Assembly: GCA_944326325.1 (NCBI GenBank)
Contig: CALVDQ010000009.1
Span: 37,556 to 101,555, forward strand
Reading direction: 5' to 3'
Origin: an uncultured Bacteroidales bacterium
GTDB taxonomy: Bacteria; Bacteroidota; Bacteroidia; Bacteroidales; UBA932
Length of the DNA: 64,000 nucleotides
Positions 1 to 10,438 of this stretch are shown piece by piece; within the stretch, counting starts at the first letter, position 1; each line of letters begins with the position of its first letter. Position numbers and translations under genes: made by a program. Under the pieces are notes generated by a model, which made no database searches, had not been told where the DNA came from, and saw only the letters and a program-made list of their open reading frames with translations.

Positions 1-2
1 AG

Positions 3-971
3 ACATTCTATTTTGATTTCCACAAGGCGCTTACAGACGAGAAGGGAGTGGTGCCGTTTATCCGTGCGGCTGTGTTCCGCTATCTGATGCTCAGCGGCTA
101 CGATGTGGAAAACGACGGCAGCGTGATTACGCCGGAGAGCGAGTTCCACGGAATAGAAGCCGACGACGCATTTGTCCGCCTGGACGATATACCTGCTTCA
201 AGACCTGTATGGTATATGGATGCCAAGGCACTGGGGGTATCATCCTGTGCGGAAGACGGGGATTTCACCGTGACCCAGATACATATCCCCCTGGCCAAGA
301 TAAAGGGGGAGGCAAGGGAATACTTTCCTGTGCCGTCGACGGTGGTCTCTCCGTTCTTTGCCCAGGCATTGCTCGAGGAGTACCCTGAAAAAGATGTCCC
401 GGGAGAATACGCCGTATCCTATATCCAGGTCAATCTCCGGCAGTATTTCCCGACGACCACTTTCAGGCCGTTCTTCGTGAACCTTCCGCTTGCATATAAC
501 AGGAAACTCCCGGAGTATCCGGTAGCCACGGTCCTTATGTCCCAGAAAAAGCTCCTCGAGGCGCAGCTCAGGACGGATGCCCTTGCGTACAATGCGCAGA
601 GGAGGATAAGCGTCATGGACAGGATCATGGAGATGGACAGTCTCGGGAAGAAGGTCGAGGCGGCCGGACGAACCCTCTCGGAGCAGTCCGGCAAGGCCAC
701 TTTCTCGATGTGCAATATCGGAAGCGTCATCATGCCGGAGTCTGTGCTGCAGTATATCACGGAATTCTATCCGGTGGTGTCCCCGTCGGTGTTCCCTTGC
801 AGCATAACCACCATCAACTTCAAGGGTGACCTGATCGTCACCGTAGCTTCCTCCCTTTCGGGAGGGAATGTATGCAGAAGGCTCACCTCCCTGCTGAAAC
901 GGCACGGGATACCGGCCTTCATATCCGAAAGCTATACCCTCAGTCCGTTGAAATACAAACCTATATTGTGA
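3..971 (+). CDS. hypothetical protein, 5' end outside the window (C-terminal ~322 aa present)
   Basis: The frame is open from nt 3, with no stop upstream of the GTG at 48 used by the ORF track. Stop TGA 969-971 overlaps ATG 971-973 of the next gene (TGATG). No family recognised by eye. Confidence 0.6.
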   Translation, partial: TFYFDFHKALTDEKGVVPFIRAAVFRYLMLSGYDVENDGSVITPESEFHGIEADDAFVRLDDIPASRPVWYMDAKALGVSSCAEDGDFTVTQIHIPLAKIKGEAREYFPVPSTVVSPFFAQALLEEYPEKDVPGEYAVSYIQVNLRQYFPTTTFRPFFVNLPLAYNRKLPEYPVATVLMSQKKLLEAQLRTDALAYNAQRRISVMDRIMEMDSLGKKVEAAGRTLSEQSGKATFSMCNIGSVIMPESVLQYITEFYPVVSPSVFPCSITTINFKGDLIVTVASSLSGGNVCRRLTSLLKRHGIPAFISESYTLSPLKYKPIL

Positions 972-3025
972 TGAGCAAGATAAGGATCGAACATTCCTAC
1001 AAGGTATATCTGCCTTTGGCGATACTGTTTCTGATACTCGTCCTGATATTCCCGAGGATGGGCAAGTTCAACTATGATTACAGGAAGGGGTCCCCGTGGA
1101 TGTACGAGACCCTGATCGCCCAGTTCGATTTCCCTATCCTCAAGACGGATGCCCAGATGCAGGCCGAGAAGGAACTGCTGGGATCCAGCGTGATACCGTA
1201 TTTCCGCTATTCCGACCAGGTGGTGCACACACAGATAGGCCTTGTGGAGAAGCTTGACCTCGGGAGATTCAACAATGTCAAGCCGGAGATCATGAACGCA
1301 TTCGACAGGCTCTACGCCAGCGGCATACTTTCCGAATCAGGATCAGGATACCTGCCTGAAGGCAAGACACTTGACGGCAATGTGATTTTCGTTCAGAAGG
1401 ACAGAAGGGCCAGGAAGATCCCTTCCACGGAGGTCTACACCGTCGGTGAAGCCAGGGACTTCCTCCTGCTCTTTCTTACCGAGGCCGATCTCGGATGCAA
1501 TGCCGATTCGCTCTGCCGCGCCGCCGGGATCTACGACCTCGTGCAGCCCAACCTGCTGTTCGACAGGCAGACCACGGACCTTGTGCATGAAGAGTCTGTC
1601 AACTACGTCTCGCCCACTTCCGGAGTGGTGAATGCCGGACAGCTGATAGTTTCGAACGGGGAGATAATCACGGCCGAGATAGAACAGTTGCTCGACTCCT
1701 ACAAGGCCGAATACGAGAGCAGTCTCGGGTACAGCGGCCCGAGGATATGGCTGTGGCTCGGGAACATCCTCATAGCCATCGGTCTGGTGGTAGTCCTTTA
1801 TTTCGCCCTTTATTTTACCAACTACAGGATATACGGGGACTCCAACAAGTACATCTATCTCCTCGTCATCTTCCTTCTCGCCACCGTGATGGCTCTGGTT
1901 GTGGACAAGGTGGATCCGGCGCTGCTGTACCTTACGCCGTTCACGCTGATCGCCCTGTATCTCGTGGCCTTTTTCAAGAAAAGGGTCGTCCTTCCTGTGT
2001 ACATCATCTCCCTGCTGCCTCTGCTTATATTCTCGCACAACGGCGTGGAGCTTTTCGTTATGTACCTTGTGGCAGGGGTAGTCACTATCTTTCTTGCCGA
2101 AATATACAACAGGGGATGGAAACAGTTCATCACGGCGGTCGCAGTGTTCTTCATCATGCTCCTGACATACATGGGCTTCAGGCTCATAGACGGCATAAGC
2201 GGCTTCAACGATTTCCGCACCATACTTTTCCTGTTCATAGGAGCCTTCCTTTCGGTGGCCGGCTATCCTCTCATCTACCTTTTCGAGAGGATTTTCATGC
2301 TTGTCTCCAACACGAGGCTTACCGAGCTTACCGACACCAACAACAGGCTTCTGCGCGACCTTGCCCACAAGGCTCCGGGGACGTTCCAGCATTCCCTGCA
2401 GGTCATGAACCTTGCGGATGCGGCGGCACGTTCCATCGACGCCAATGTCCTTCTGGTCCGTGCCGGCGCCCTCTACCATGATATCGGCAAGACCGTAAAC
2501 CCCCAGTGCTTCATCGAAAACGAGACTCTCGGAGCAAGGTATCATGACGGACTTTCCCCAAGGGAGAGCGCCATAGAGATCATCAAGCACGTATCTGACG
2601 GTATGACCCTGGCCGACAAGGCAAAGCTTCCAGCTGTAGTGAAGGACTTCATAATCACTCACCACGGAACCACCTGCACTGCCTATTTCTACAACAAATA
2701 CCTCAAGGAGGGCGGTGATCCTGCCGATGCCGCAGATTTCTACTACAAAGGAAAGAAGCCTACCACCAAAGAGCAGATCATCGTCATGCTGTGCGATACC
2801 CTCGAGGCTGCCTCCAGAACACTGAAGGACTATTCTTCCAAAACCGTATCCGACCTCGTGGAAAGAATCGTCAGGTCCAAAATGGAGGACGGCCAGTTTG
2901 AAGATGCCGACATTTCCATCAAGGATCTGAATATCGTAAAGAATGTGCTGAAGTCCTACTTGCAGCAGATTTATCATGCGAGGATTACTTATCCCAAGCG
3001 CACCGGTGCGGCGGAAAGGCAATAG
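971..3025 (+). CDS. 7TM-HD membrane phosphohydrolase (HDIG domain, PgpH/YqfF-like; candidate cyclic-di-AMP phosphodiesterase)
   Basis: ORF 872..3025, with the probable start at ATG 971 (MSKIRIEH...). It has an N-terminal TM helix, an extracytoplasmic region, a block of about seven TM helices, and a C-terminal HD domain with LYHDIGK and ITHHGT motifs. Confidence 0.85.
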   Translation: MSKIRIEHSYKVYLPLAILFLILVLIFPRMGKFNYDYRKGSPWMYETLIAQFDFPILKTDAQMQAEKELLGSSVIPYFRYSDQVVHTQIGLVEKLDLGRFNNVKPEIMNAFDRLYASGILSESGSGYLPEGKTLDGNVIFVQKDRRARKIPSTEVYTVGEARDFLLLFLTEADLGCNADSLCRAAGIYDLVQPNLLFDRQTTDLVHEESVNYVSPTSGVVNAGQLIVSNGEIITAEIEQLLDSYKAEYESSLGYSGPRIWLWLGNILIAIGLVVVLYFALYFTNYRIYGDSNKYIYLLVIFLLATVMALVVDKVDPALLYLTPFTLIALYLVAFFKKRVVLPVYIISLLPLLIFSHNGVELFVMYLVAGVVTIFLAEIYNRGWKQFITAVAVFFIMLLTYMGFRLIDGISGFNDFRTILFLFIGAFLSVAGYPLIYLFERIFMLVSNTRLTELTDTNNRLLRDLAHKAPGTFQHSLQVMNLADAAARSIDANVLLVRAGALYHDIGKTVNPQCFIENETLGARYHDGLSPRESAIEIIKHVSDGMTLADKAKLPAVVKDFIITHHGTTCTAYFYNKYLKEGGDPADAADFYYKGKKPTTKEQIIVMLCDTLEAASRTLKDYSSKTVSDLVERIVRSKMEDGQFEDADISIKDLNIVKNVLKSYLQQIYHARITYPKRTGAAERQ

Positions 3026-3057
3026 CAAAGTCTTCCGTCCGTTCCGGATTCCGGCTG

Positions 3058-3089
3058 TTTTGGATTTAAAGGAAAATTGACTATATTTG
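3058..3089 (+). promoter_or_regulatory. Bacteroidetes-type promoter for tig (-33 TTTG / -7 TATATTTG)
   Basis: TTTG at 3058-3061 and TATATTTG at 3082-3089 with a 20-nt spacer. This matches the TTTG/TAnnTTTG consensus and sits about 85 nt upstream of the tig ATG. Confidence 0.55.
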
Positions 3090-3174
3090 CGCCCTTGCGC
3101 CTGCGGGCTTCCGGTATTCGGTGGGGTGAAGCGGGTGGATGTTTGTGAAAAAATTATAAATAACAGATATTATC

Positions 3175-4491
3175 ATGAAATTAGAACAGAATAAAATCGA
3201 CGATCTCAATATCGAGCTCACGCTTTCGATTGGGAAGGACGATTATTCCGAGAAAAGGAAGAAAAGGCTGAATGACCACAGGCGTAATGCCGAAATCAAA
3301 GGTTTCAGGAAAGGCATGGTCCCGATGGGGCTGATCGAGAAGATATATGGCCAGTCCTGCCTGGTGGATGCCGTGAACGATCTGATTGCCGAGTCCCTGA
3401 ACAATTTCATTAAGGAAAACGACCTCAAGGTGATAGGTGAGCCGCTCCCTGCAGAGGACCAGCCGGAGACGGAGTGGAAGAACGGGAACGATTTTTCGTT
3501 CAGGTTTGACGTGGCCCTTGCTCCGAAGGTCGACTTCACGCTTTCCAAGGACGATGCGATACCATACTATAAGATAGAGATCACTGATGTGGCCAAGTCT
3601 GAGATGAAGGAAAACCTTCTGAAACAGTACGGCTCTCTCGAGGAGGGTGCTGCCGCCGGAGAAGACGACTTCATCATCGTTGACTTCGAACAGGGCGAGA
3701 CAAAGGTTGAAGGCACATACGTCGCTCTCAGGAATGTCGCCGAAGCCGTCAGGCCTTCTTTCGTAGGGCTTAAGGCAGGCGACAGCATCGATGTGAACGT
3801 CAATGAAGCCTTCACGAACGAGGCGGACAGGGCTTCCATGCTCAAGGTTGAGAAATCCGCACTGGCAGACCTTGACCCGCACTACAGGATGACGGTAAGG
3901 AATGTAAAGACATTCGTATCCGCTCCTATGACACAGGATACCTTCGACAAGATCTTCGGGGAAGGCAACGTGAAGTCCGAGGAGGAGTTCGATGCCAGGA
4001 TCAGCGAGAGGCTTGCGGCTGAATATTCCCAGGAGTCCGAGTTCAGGTTCGCTTCCGATGCGAAGGAGTATCTCGTGAAGAAGGCGGACATAGCCCTTCC
4101 GGAAAAATTCCTGAAAAGATGGATATATGTTGCCAATGACGGCAAGTTCACCATGGAGGATATCGAGAAGGAGTTCGACATGTTCCTGAAGGACTACCGC
4201 TGGCAGATGGTACGGAACTATCTGATGGACAAATATTCCGTGAAGGTAGAAGATGCTGATCTGCTGGCAAGTGCAAAGGCTTTCGCGGCCTATCAGTTTG
4301 CCATGTACGGTATAAACAATGTTCCTGACCAGGAGCTTGAGAACTATGCCAGGAATATCCTTGCACAGGAGAAGGAAGGACGCCGTGTGCTTGAGCAGGT
4401 CGAGGACACCAAGACCATCGCTGCCGTCAAGGGCGCGGTTACGTTGAAGGAACAGACAATCACTGTGGAGCAGTTCCGTGCACTGAAATAA
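3175..4491 (+). CDS. tig: trigger factor (ribosome-associated peptidyl-prolyl isomerase chaperone)
   Basis: 438 aa. The N-terminal ribosome-binding region contains GFRKGMVP (GFRxGxxP motif). Conserved tig-clpP-clpX gene order. Confidence 0.93.
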   Translation: MKLEQNKIDDLNIELTLSIGKDDYSEKRKKRLNDHRRNAEIKGFRKGMVPMGLIEKIYGQSCLVDAVNDLIAESLNNFIKENDLKVIGEPLPAEDQPETEWKNGNDFSFRFDVALAPKVDFTLSKDDAIPYYKIEITDVAKSEMKENLLKQYGSLEEGAAAGEDDFIIVDFEQGETKVEGTYVALRNVAEAVRPSFVGLKAGDSIDVNVNEAFTNEADRASMLKVEKSALADLDPHYRMTVRNVKTFVSAPMTQDTFDKIFGEGNVKSEEEFDARISERLAAEYSQESEFRFASDAKEYLVKKADIALPEKFLKRWIYVANDGKFTMEDIEKEFDMFLKDYRWQMVRNYLMDKYSVKVEDADLLASAKAFAAYQFAMYGINNVPDQELENYARNILAQEKEGRRVLEQVEDTKTIAAVKGAVTLKEQTITVEQFRALK

Positions 4492-4492
4492 G

Positions 4493-5167
4493 ATGGACAA
4501 GGAATTCGACAGATACGCAAGGCTGCAGTGCGGGATCAGTTCCATGGCCCTGTACCGGTATGGCTCTGTACTCGGATCCTACATCAATCCTACCATCATC
4601 GAGGAACGCAAGCTGAATGTGGCCTCCATGGACGTGTTCAGCCGTCTGCTGATGGACCGGATCATCTTTCTCGGGGTTCCGATCGATGACGATGTGGCGA
4701 ATATAGTACAGGCACAACTCCTTTTCCTTGCTTCCACCGACAGCAAGAGCGATATTTCAATCTACCTCAACACTCCGGGCGGTTCCGTTTCTGCGGGGCT
4801 TGGCATATACGATACGATGCAGCTCGTGGAACCGGACGTGGCGACGATATGTACGGGTATGGCCGCTTCGATGGGGGCCGTGCTGCTCTGTGCCGGGGTG
4901 AAGGGGAAACGTTCGGCTCTTCCCCATTCCAGGGTCATGATCCACCAGCCTCTCGGCGGTGCGAACGGCCAGGCTTCGGATATTGAGATCGCCGCCAGGG
5001 AAATCCTGAAGATCAAGAAAGAACTCTATACCATAATATCAGAGCATACCGGCAAGCCGTACCGGACTATCGAGGCTGACGGTGACAGGGACTTCTGGAT
5101 GAGTTCTCAGGAGGCGCTTGAATACGGGATGATCGACGAGATCCTGTCCGGAAAGAAGCCGCGCTAA
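4493..5167 (+). CDS. clpP: ATP-dependent Clp protease proteolytic subunit
   Basis: 224 aa with GMAASMGA (active-site Ser) and VMIHQPLGG (His) motifs. Starts 2 nt after the tig stop. Confidence 0.96.
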   Translation: MDKEFDRYARLQCGISSMALYRYGSVLGSYINPTIIEERKLNVASMDVFSRLLMDRIIFLGVPIDDDVANIVQAQLLFLASTDSKSDISIYLNTPGGSVSAGLGIYDTMQLVEPDVATICTGMAASMGAVLLCAGVKGKRSALPHSRVMIHQPLGGANGQASDIEIAAREILKIKKELYTIISEHTGKPYRTIEADGDRDFWMSSQEALEYGMIDEILSGKKPR

Positions 5168-5177
5168 AAGATTTTAT

Positions 5178-6422
5178 ATGGCAAAAGGACGAAACTACAA
5201 GGAAGAAAGACATTGTGTATTCTGCGGAAGAAGCGAGAGTGAGGTCCCTCTTCTTCTGCAGGGACTTGATTCGGCTATCTGCAGCGATTGCGTGAAGCTC
5301 TGCTACGACTATGTAGCCAACCTTGAAAAGGCTTCATCCCCTGCTCCTGACAAGATAAGCAAGCTGATGAAGCCCAAGGAGATAAAAGAATATCTCGACC
5401 AATATGTGATTGGCCAGGACAGGGCCAAGAAACTGCTTTCCGTGGCAGTCTACAACCATTACAAGAGGATAAACAACAACCTGGCCTCTTCCGGTGCCGA
5501 TGATCTTGAACTGGAGAAGTCCAATATCCTCATGGTCGGCCCTACCGGTACCGGCAAGACCTTGATGGCTAAGACTATAGCCAAACTTCTTGAAGTGCCC
5601 TTCACGATAGTGGATGCTACTGTCCTTACAGAGGCCGGGTATGTCGGGGAAGATGTCGAGAGCATCCTTTCGAGGCTTCTCCAGGAGGCTGACTACAATG
5701 TCAGGCTCGCCGAGCGCGGTATCGTGTTCATAGACGAGATCGACAAGATAGCACGCAAGAGCGACAATCCTTCCATCACGAGGGACGTGTCAGGGGAAGG
5801 GGTGCAGCAGGCCTTGCTGAAGCTCCTCGAGGGCAGTGTGGTGAATGTGCCGCCCAAGGGCGGGCGCAAGCATCCGGAGCAGGAGTTCGTACAGGTGAAT
5901 ACCCAGAACATCCTCTTTATCTGCGGAGGTGCGTTCGAGGGTATCGAGCGGTCAATCGCACAGAGACTCAATACCCAGGTGATAGGCTACGGTTCGATAC
6001 ACAGGCAGCAGGTGGACAAGAACAATCTTCTGCGCTATGTCTCCGCCCAGGACCTCAGGTCCTACGGTCTCATTCCTGAGATTATAGGACGTCTTCCTGT
6101 AGTCACTTATCTCGACCAGCTCGACAAGGCAGCTCTGCTGAGGATACTTACCGAGCCCAAGAATGCCATTATCCGCCAGTATGAGAAAATGTTCGAACTT
6201 GACGGACTGAAGCTTGCGATCGAACCTGGCGTACTTGACCTCATAGTGGATACGGCTATAGAGAACAAGCTCGGGGCAAGGGGGCTCAGGGCTATCTGCG
6301 AGCGTATCATGACCGATGCAATGTACGAGGCTCCGAGTTCGAGGAAGAAGACCTTCGACCTGACCGTGGAATATGCCAGGGCACATCTTGCCGAAGCCGG
6401 TGACGATGCATCCAGGCAGTAG
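5178..6422 (+). CDS. clpX: ATP-dependent Clp protease ATP-binding subunit ClpX
   Basis: 414 aa. N-terminal C4 zinc finger (CVFCG...CSDC), Walker A GPTGTGKT, and Walker [10 protein letters not shown]. Confidence 0.97.
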   Translation: MAKGRNYKEERHCVFCGRSESEVPLLLQGLDSAICSDCVKLCYDYVANLEKASSPAPDKISKLMKPKEIKEYLDQYVIGQDRAKKLLSVAVYNHYKRINNNLASSGADDLELEKSNILMVGPTGTGKTLMAKTIAKLLEVPFTIVDATVLTEAGYVGEDVESILSRLLQEADYNVRLAERGIVFIDEIDKIARKSDNPSITRDVSGEGVQQALLKLLEGSVVNVPPKGGRKHPEQEFVQVNTQNILFICGGAFEGIERSIAQRLNTQVIGYGSIHRQQVDKNNLLRYVSAQDLRSYGLIPEIIGRLPVVTYLDQLDKAALLRILTEPKNAIIRQYEKMFELDGLKLAIEPGVLDLIVDTAIENKLGARGLRAICERIMTDAMYEAPSSRKKTFDLTVEYARAHLAEAGDDASRQ

Positions 6423-6481
6423 GAAACATAAGGAAAATCCAGGAAACGCACACATATTTTACACTTTTAAAATAAAATTCA

Positions 6482-7987
6482 ATGAAAAGATTTTTAACCA
6501 TTACAATGGCGGCAGCATATGCCGTTTTTGCCCTGACATCGTGTCAGGAAAAGGAAACACCGGCTACTGAAGATGTCGCAGGTCCGGAAATTCTCTGGGC
6601 GTCCAACCCTGATTTCGAGACCCAGGTGATTACTGAAAGCATGGATGTAAAGATTTCCATTACAGCTCCGGCCGGAATCAGTTCCTTTGTCGTGACCGTG
6701 ACTTCCGATGCGCTTACGCCGATTATCGGAGGCTCCACACTTGATTTCGTCAATCCTTCAAATGACCTGATAGGCGGAATCGTATCCTCGATTATAGGTG
6801 AAGGCGTTTCTGTTGCCGGCGCGACAGATCTGGACCTTGATCTTTCCAATCTGGTACCTCTTATTCTTACGGTAACGCAGGAGGAAGATGACCATGTGTT
6901 CAAGCTTGACATTACCGATGCCAATGGCAAGACCGCTACGGCTACCTGCACATTCCACAGGGCGGCTGTGACCGTGTCTGTTTCCGAGGTGGATCTTTGG
7001 GCGAATACTGCAGTGGTGACAGTCGGAGGCGGCAGCGAACTTGCATACCGTGTGAAAGGTACGGAGAACTGGAATGTTTTGACAGCAACTGACGGCAAAT
7101 ACACTATCGGGCCGGAGTGGACCGAAGGCACGAACGAGAATGGACTTTCTGTCTATACCCTGACTGAGGGTACCGGTATCTTCGCCGGGAACACATATGA
7201 GTTCCAGGTGGACGGAACACTTGTCGAAAGCGCTGATTTTACCGCAGAAGACGGGGATGTCATTCCAAACGGGGATATGTCAGGATGGTCATGGAAAGAT
7301 GAAGAGAAGACCATTCAGTATCCTAACGCAAGCGGTGAAAGTTTCTGGGATAGCGGAAACAATTCTATGGCAGCAACGTTTGGAGTTGTTTTGTGTATGG
7401 AAGATCAGGAAAATCCCGGTGTATCTTATATGAAGGCGGGCTTGGTTCTTAGTACTGTATTTACTCCAGGCAATATGTATGTCGGTGATTTTTCCATGGG
7501 TTCATTTGGTAACGGAACGGCAAATTTCGGCAAGGTTTATGACTGGACGGCAAGACCTTCCGCACTGAAAGTAAGATACAAATCGACTGTCGGAACCATT
7601 GACAAGTTCGGGACGTATGATCCTATAGGCGCTGAAATGCTCGAAAAGCAGGATACAACACGTATTTACGCTGTGGTTGTGGACTGGACGAAACAGCATG
7701 GTGTGACATCCGGACTTGGAGAACCTACGGGAATGTGGGATCCTACTGATCCTTCCACTGTCAGTGAAGAGGGATCTATCCTTGGCTATGCAATCCTTGA
7801 TATTGTTGCAAGCCAGGCTGAATTCACAGATGTGGAGATTCCGTTTGTATGGTATGATAAAGCAGCCAAACCTACGGAGGGGAATTATTCCCTGGTGATT
7901 TCCTGTGCTACAAGCAAGCGCGGAGACTATCTTACCGGATGCTCGTCAAATGAACTTTGGGTAGACAATTTCGAGTGGGTATACTAA
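6482..7987 (+). CDS. lipoprotein with a C-terminal PCMD-like (putative carbohydrate metabolism) domain
   Basis: Signal peptide with a lipobox-like ALTSC. The middle region is Thr/Val-rich and looks Ig-like. The C-terminal half (NGDMSGWSW...FWDSGNN...) resembles the Bacteroidetes PCMD family from memory; no HMM was run. Confidence 0.55.
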   Translation: MKRFLTITMAAAYAVFALTSCQEKETPATEDVAGPEILWASNPDFETQVITESMDVKISITAPAGISSFVVTVTSDALTPIIGGSTLDFVNPSNDLIGGIVSSIIGEGVSVAGATDLDLDLSNLVPLILTVTQEEDDHVFKLDITDANGKTATATCTFHRAAVTVSVSEVDLWANTAVVTVGGGSELAYRVKGTENWNVLTATDGKYTIGPEWTEGTNENGLSVYTLTEGTGIFAGNTYEFQVDGTLVESADFTAEDGDVIPNGDMSGWSWKDEEKTIQYPNASGESFWDSGNNSMAATFGVVLCMEDQENPGVSYMKAGLVLSTVFTPGNMYVGDFSMGSFGNGTANFGKVYDWTARPSALKVRYKSTVGTIDKFGTYDPIGAEMLEKQDTTRIYAVVVDWTKQHGVTSGLGEPTGMWDPTDPSTVSEEGSILGYAILDIVASQAEFTDVEIPFVWYDKAAKPTEGNYSLVISCATSKRGDYLTGCSSNELWVDNFEWVY

Positions 7988-8008
7988 TAAAAGATATACC
8001 GATAATAT

Positions 8009-8044
8009 GGCCGGTCCGGAGCAATTCCGGTCCGGCTTTTTTTT
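8009..8044 (+). terminator. Rho-independent terminator downstream of the lipoprotein gene
   Basis: GGCCGGTCCGG-agcaatt-CCGGTCCGGC forms a 10-bp GC-rich stem with one T:T mismatch. A T8 run follows at 8037-8044. Confidence 0.75.
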
Positions 8045-8140
8045 CATATCCGACCTCTTTTTCCCTGATATATTCACATTTTTTCCTGTCCGGCAATGTC
8101 TGCAATGGACAACAGCGTTTTTTATTCGGGAAATCCTGCT

Positions 8141-8148
8141 ATCTTTGT
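8141..8148 (+). promoter_or_regulatory. -7 box (TATCTTTG) upstream of the M20 dipeptidase gene
   Basis: Exact TAnnTTTG match 30 nt upstream of ATG 8178. No clean -33 TTTG was seen. Confidence 0.45.
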
Positions 8149-8177
8149 AAAGACAGGCTTTTATTAAAATTACATTT

Positions 8178-9524
8178 ATGAAAAAATATATCGAAGAAAA
8201 CAGGGACAGGTTCCTTGACGAACTCTTTTCCCTGCTGAGGATACCGTCTGTGAGCTCCCTTGAGAAACACGGTCCGGACATGCGGAAATGTGCCGCACGT
8301 CTTGCCGAACTTCTGAAGGAAGCAGGGGCGGATACCGCTGACGTTTACCCGACGAAAGGCCATCCGGTAGTCTTCGGGCAGAAGATCCTGGACCCGTCAT
8401 ACAGTACGGTACTTGTCTACGGGCATTACGACGTGCAGCCGGTGGATCCCCTGGAACTCTGGAAATCCGACCCGTTCGAGCCGGAAATCCGCGACGGGGC
8501 AATCTACGCACGGGGCGCCAATGATGACAAGGGGCAGCTTTTCATGCACCTGAAGGCTTTCGAATATATGCTCCGTGAAGGGAAGCTCCGCCACAACGTA
8601 AAATTCATCTTCGAAGGGGAAGAGGAGATCGGCAGCCCGTCGCTTGCGCAATGGGCCCTGGAGCACAGGGACCTTCTTGCCTCTGACATCATCCTCGTGT
8701 CCGATACCACCATGATCTCGGAGCAGGTGCCTTCGATAAACTGCGGTATGCGCGGTCTTTCATATATAGAGGTGAAGGTCACTGGACCGGACAAGGACCT
8801 GCATTCCGGGCATTACGGAGGGGCTGTAGCCAATCCGATAAATGTCCTGTGCGACATGGTCTCGTCCCTGATAGACAAGGACGGAAGGATAAACATCCCC
8901 GGATTCTACGACGATGTCGTGGAGCTTTCCGACGAGGACAGGGCCAAGCTCGCAAGGGCGCCGTTCGACCTGGAAGAATACAAGAAGTTCCTTGATATCA
9001 AGGAAGTGAAAGGGGAGAAAGGCTATACCACCCTTGAGCGTACAGGAATACGCCCGTGCCTGGATGTCAACGGTATCTGGGGCGGGTACACAGGCGAGGG
9101 CGCGAAGACTGTCCTTCCGTCGGAGGCCTATGCGAAAATCTCCATGAGGCTTGTCCCGAACCAGGACAGCGCAAGGATTACGGAGCTTGTGACGGACCAT
9201 ATCCTGTCTATTGCGCCGGATTATGTCAAGGTGGAGGTCAGGCATTACCATGGAGGCAACGGATTCCTGATTCCGATATCTTCTCCTGCATACCAGGCGG
9301 CTTCGAAGGCTATGGGCGAGGTCTATGGTATCGAACCGGTACCGAGCAGGGGAGGCGGCAGCATCCCGATCCTTGCTGACCTGCAGAGGATTCTCGGTAT
9401 CGATCCTCTCCTTATGGGCTTCGGGCTCGAAAGGGACACCATCCATTCCCCGAACGAGAGCTATCTCCTGAGCCAGCTTTTCAAGGGGATGGAGTCGATA
9501 GCGCTTTTCTATGAATATTATTGA
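8178..9524 (+). CDS. M20 family dipeptidase / metallopeptidase
   Basis: 448 aa. The N-terminus (LLRIPSVSS) and the HYDVQP, GANDDKG and FEGEEEIGS metal-ligand blocks are typical of M20 dipeptidases. Confidence 0.88.
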   Translation: MKKYIEENRDRFLDELFSLLRIPSVSSLEKHGPDMRKCAARLAELLKEAGADTADVYPTKGHPVVFGQKILDPSYSTVLVYGHYDVQPVDPLELWKSDPFEPEIRDGAIYARGANDDKGQLFMHLKAFEYMLREGKLRHNVKFIFEGEEEIGSPSLAQWALEHRDLLASDIILVSDTTMISEQVPSINCGMRGLSYIEVKVTGPDKDLHSGHYGGAVANPINVLCDMVSSLIDKDGRINIPGFYDDVVELSDEDRAKLARAPFDLEEYKKFLDIKEVKGEKGYTTLERTGIRPCLDVNGIWGGYTGEGAKTVLPSEAYAKISMRLVPNQDSARITELVTDHILSIAPDYVKVEVRHYHGGNGFLIPISSPAYQAASKAMGEVYGIEPVPSRGGGSIPILADLQRILGIDPLLMGFGLERDTIHSPNESYLLSQLFKGMESIALFYEYY

Positions 9525-9554
9525 TGGTGCGGGCATAGACGTGTAAAATCTCAT

Positions 9555-9562
9555 TATCTTTG
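9555..9562 (+). promoter_or_regulatory. -7 box (TATCTTTG) upstream of pyrF
   Basis: Exact TAnnTTTG match 28 nt upstream of ATG 9590. Confidence 0.4.
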
Positions 9563-9589
9563 CACCCAGGTTTCTAAAAATATCCAGCA

Positions 9590-10438
9590 ATGAACAGGGA
9601 AGATCTATACAGGCAGATACAGGCGAAGAAGACGATGCTCTGCGTAGGGCTTGACGTTGACTACGGCAAGATGCCGGAACACATCAAGGGGCTCGCGACC
9701 TCGGAAATAGCCATCAAGGGCCAGCTTTTCGGGGGAAAGGCCAGATCGATAATCGAATTCAACAAGGCTGTTATCGATGCCACTGCACCGTACTGCATCG
9801 CCTACAAGCCGAACCTCGCATTTTACGAGTGCTACGGCAGCGAGGGGGTACGTGCCCTGGAAGCGACTGTGGACTATATAAGGACCACGTATCCCGGGAT
9901 ATTCCTCATCGCCGATGCAAAGAGGGGGGACATAGGCAACACCGCGAAGATGTATGCCAGAGCCTTTTTCGAATTCATGGATTTCGACGCCGTGACCCTT
10001 TCCCCGTATATGGGGCAGGACAGCATTCTTCCTTTCCTCGAGTATAAGGATAAGTGGGCGATAGTCCTCGCTCTCACTTCAAATGCCTCTGCAGAGCAGT
10101 TCCAGATGGCGGAAAAGGAGGGCAAGCCGCTCTACCGTGCGGTGATGGAGGAGATGATGTCCATCTCCACACCGGACAACATGATGTTCGTGGTCGGGGC
10201 GACGAGGGCGGAGAAACTCGTTGAGATACGGTCATTCTGTCCGGACAACTTCCTCCTTATCCCAGGAGTCGGGGCACAGGGCGGTTCCGCCGAGGAAGTC
10301 ATACGTTATGGGGCCAACAGCAAGGGCGGCCTGCTGATAAACTCTTCGCGCGGAATCCTGTATGCCGATTCCACTGTCAATTTCGCGAAGGCTGCAGCCA
10401 GGGTCGCTTCGGAAACGGCCACCATTGCGTCAATATAG
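9590..10438 (+). CDS. pyrF: orotidine 5'-phosphate decarboxylase (long, type 2 form)
   Basis: 282 aa with LCVGLD, KPNLAFYE and ADAKRGDIGNT motifs. Confidence 0.92.
   Translation: MNREDLYRQIQAKKTMLCVGLDVDYGKMPEHIKGLATSEIAIKGQLFGGKARSIIEFNKAVIDATAPYCIAYKPNLAFYECYGSEGVRALEATVDYIRTTYPGIFLIADAKRGDIGNTAKMYARAFFEFMDFDAVTLSPYMGQDSILPFLEYKDKWAIVLALTSNASAEQFQMAEKEGKPLYRAVMEEMMSISTPDNMMFVVGATRAEKLVEIRSFCPDNFLLIPGVGAQGGSAEEVIRYGANSKGGLLINSSRGILYADSTVNFAKAAARVASETATIASI

Noticed and set aside
1343-3028. 561-aa ORF on the minus strand, antisense to the 7TM-HD gene
   Set aside because: It mirrors a gene with clear motifs on the plus strand. The translation is low-complexity (R/G/H/V/E-rich) with no recognisable domain, which is typical of a shadow ORF in a moderately GC-rich coding region.
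3181-4545. 454-aa minus-strand ORF antisense to tig
   Set aside because: Same reasoning. tig on the plus strand is unambiguous, and the antisense product has no motifs and an odd composition.
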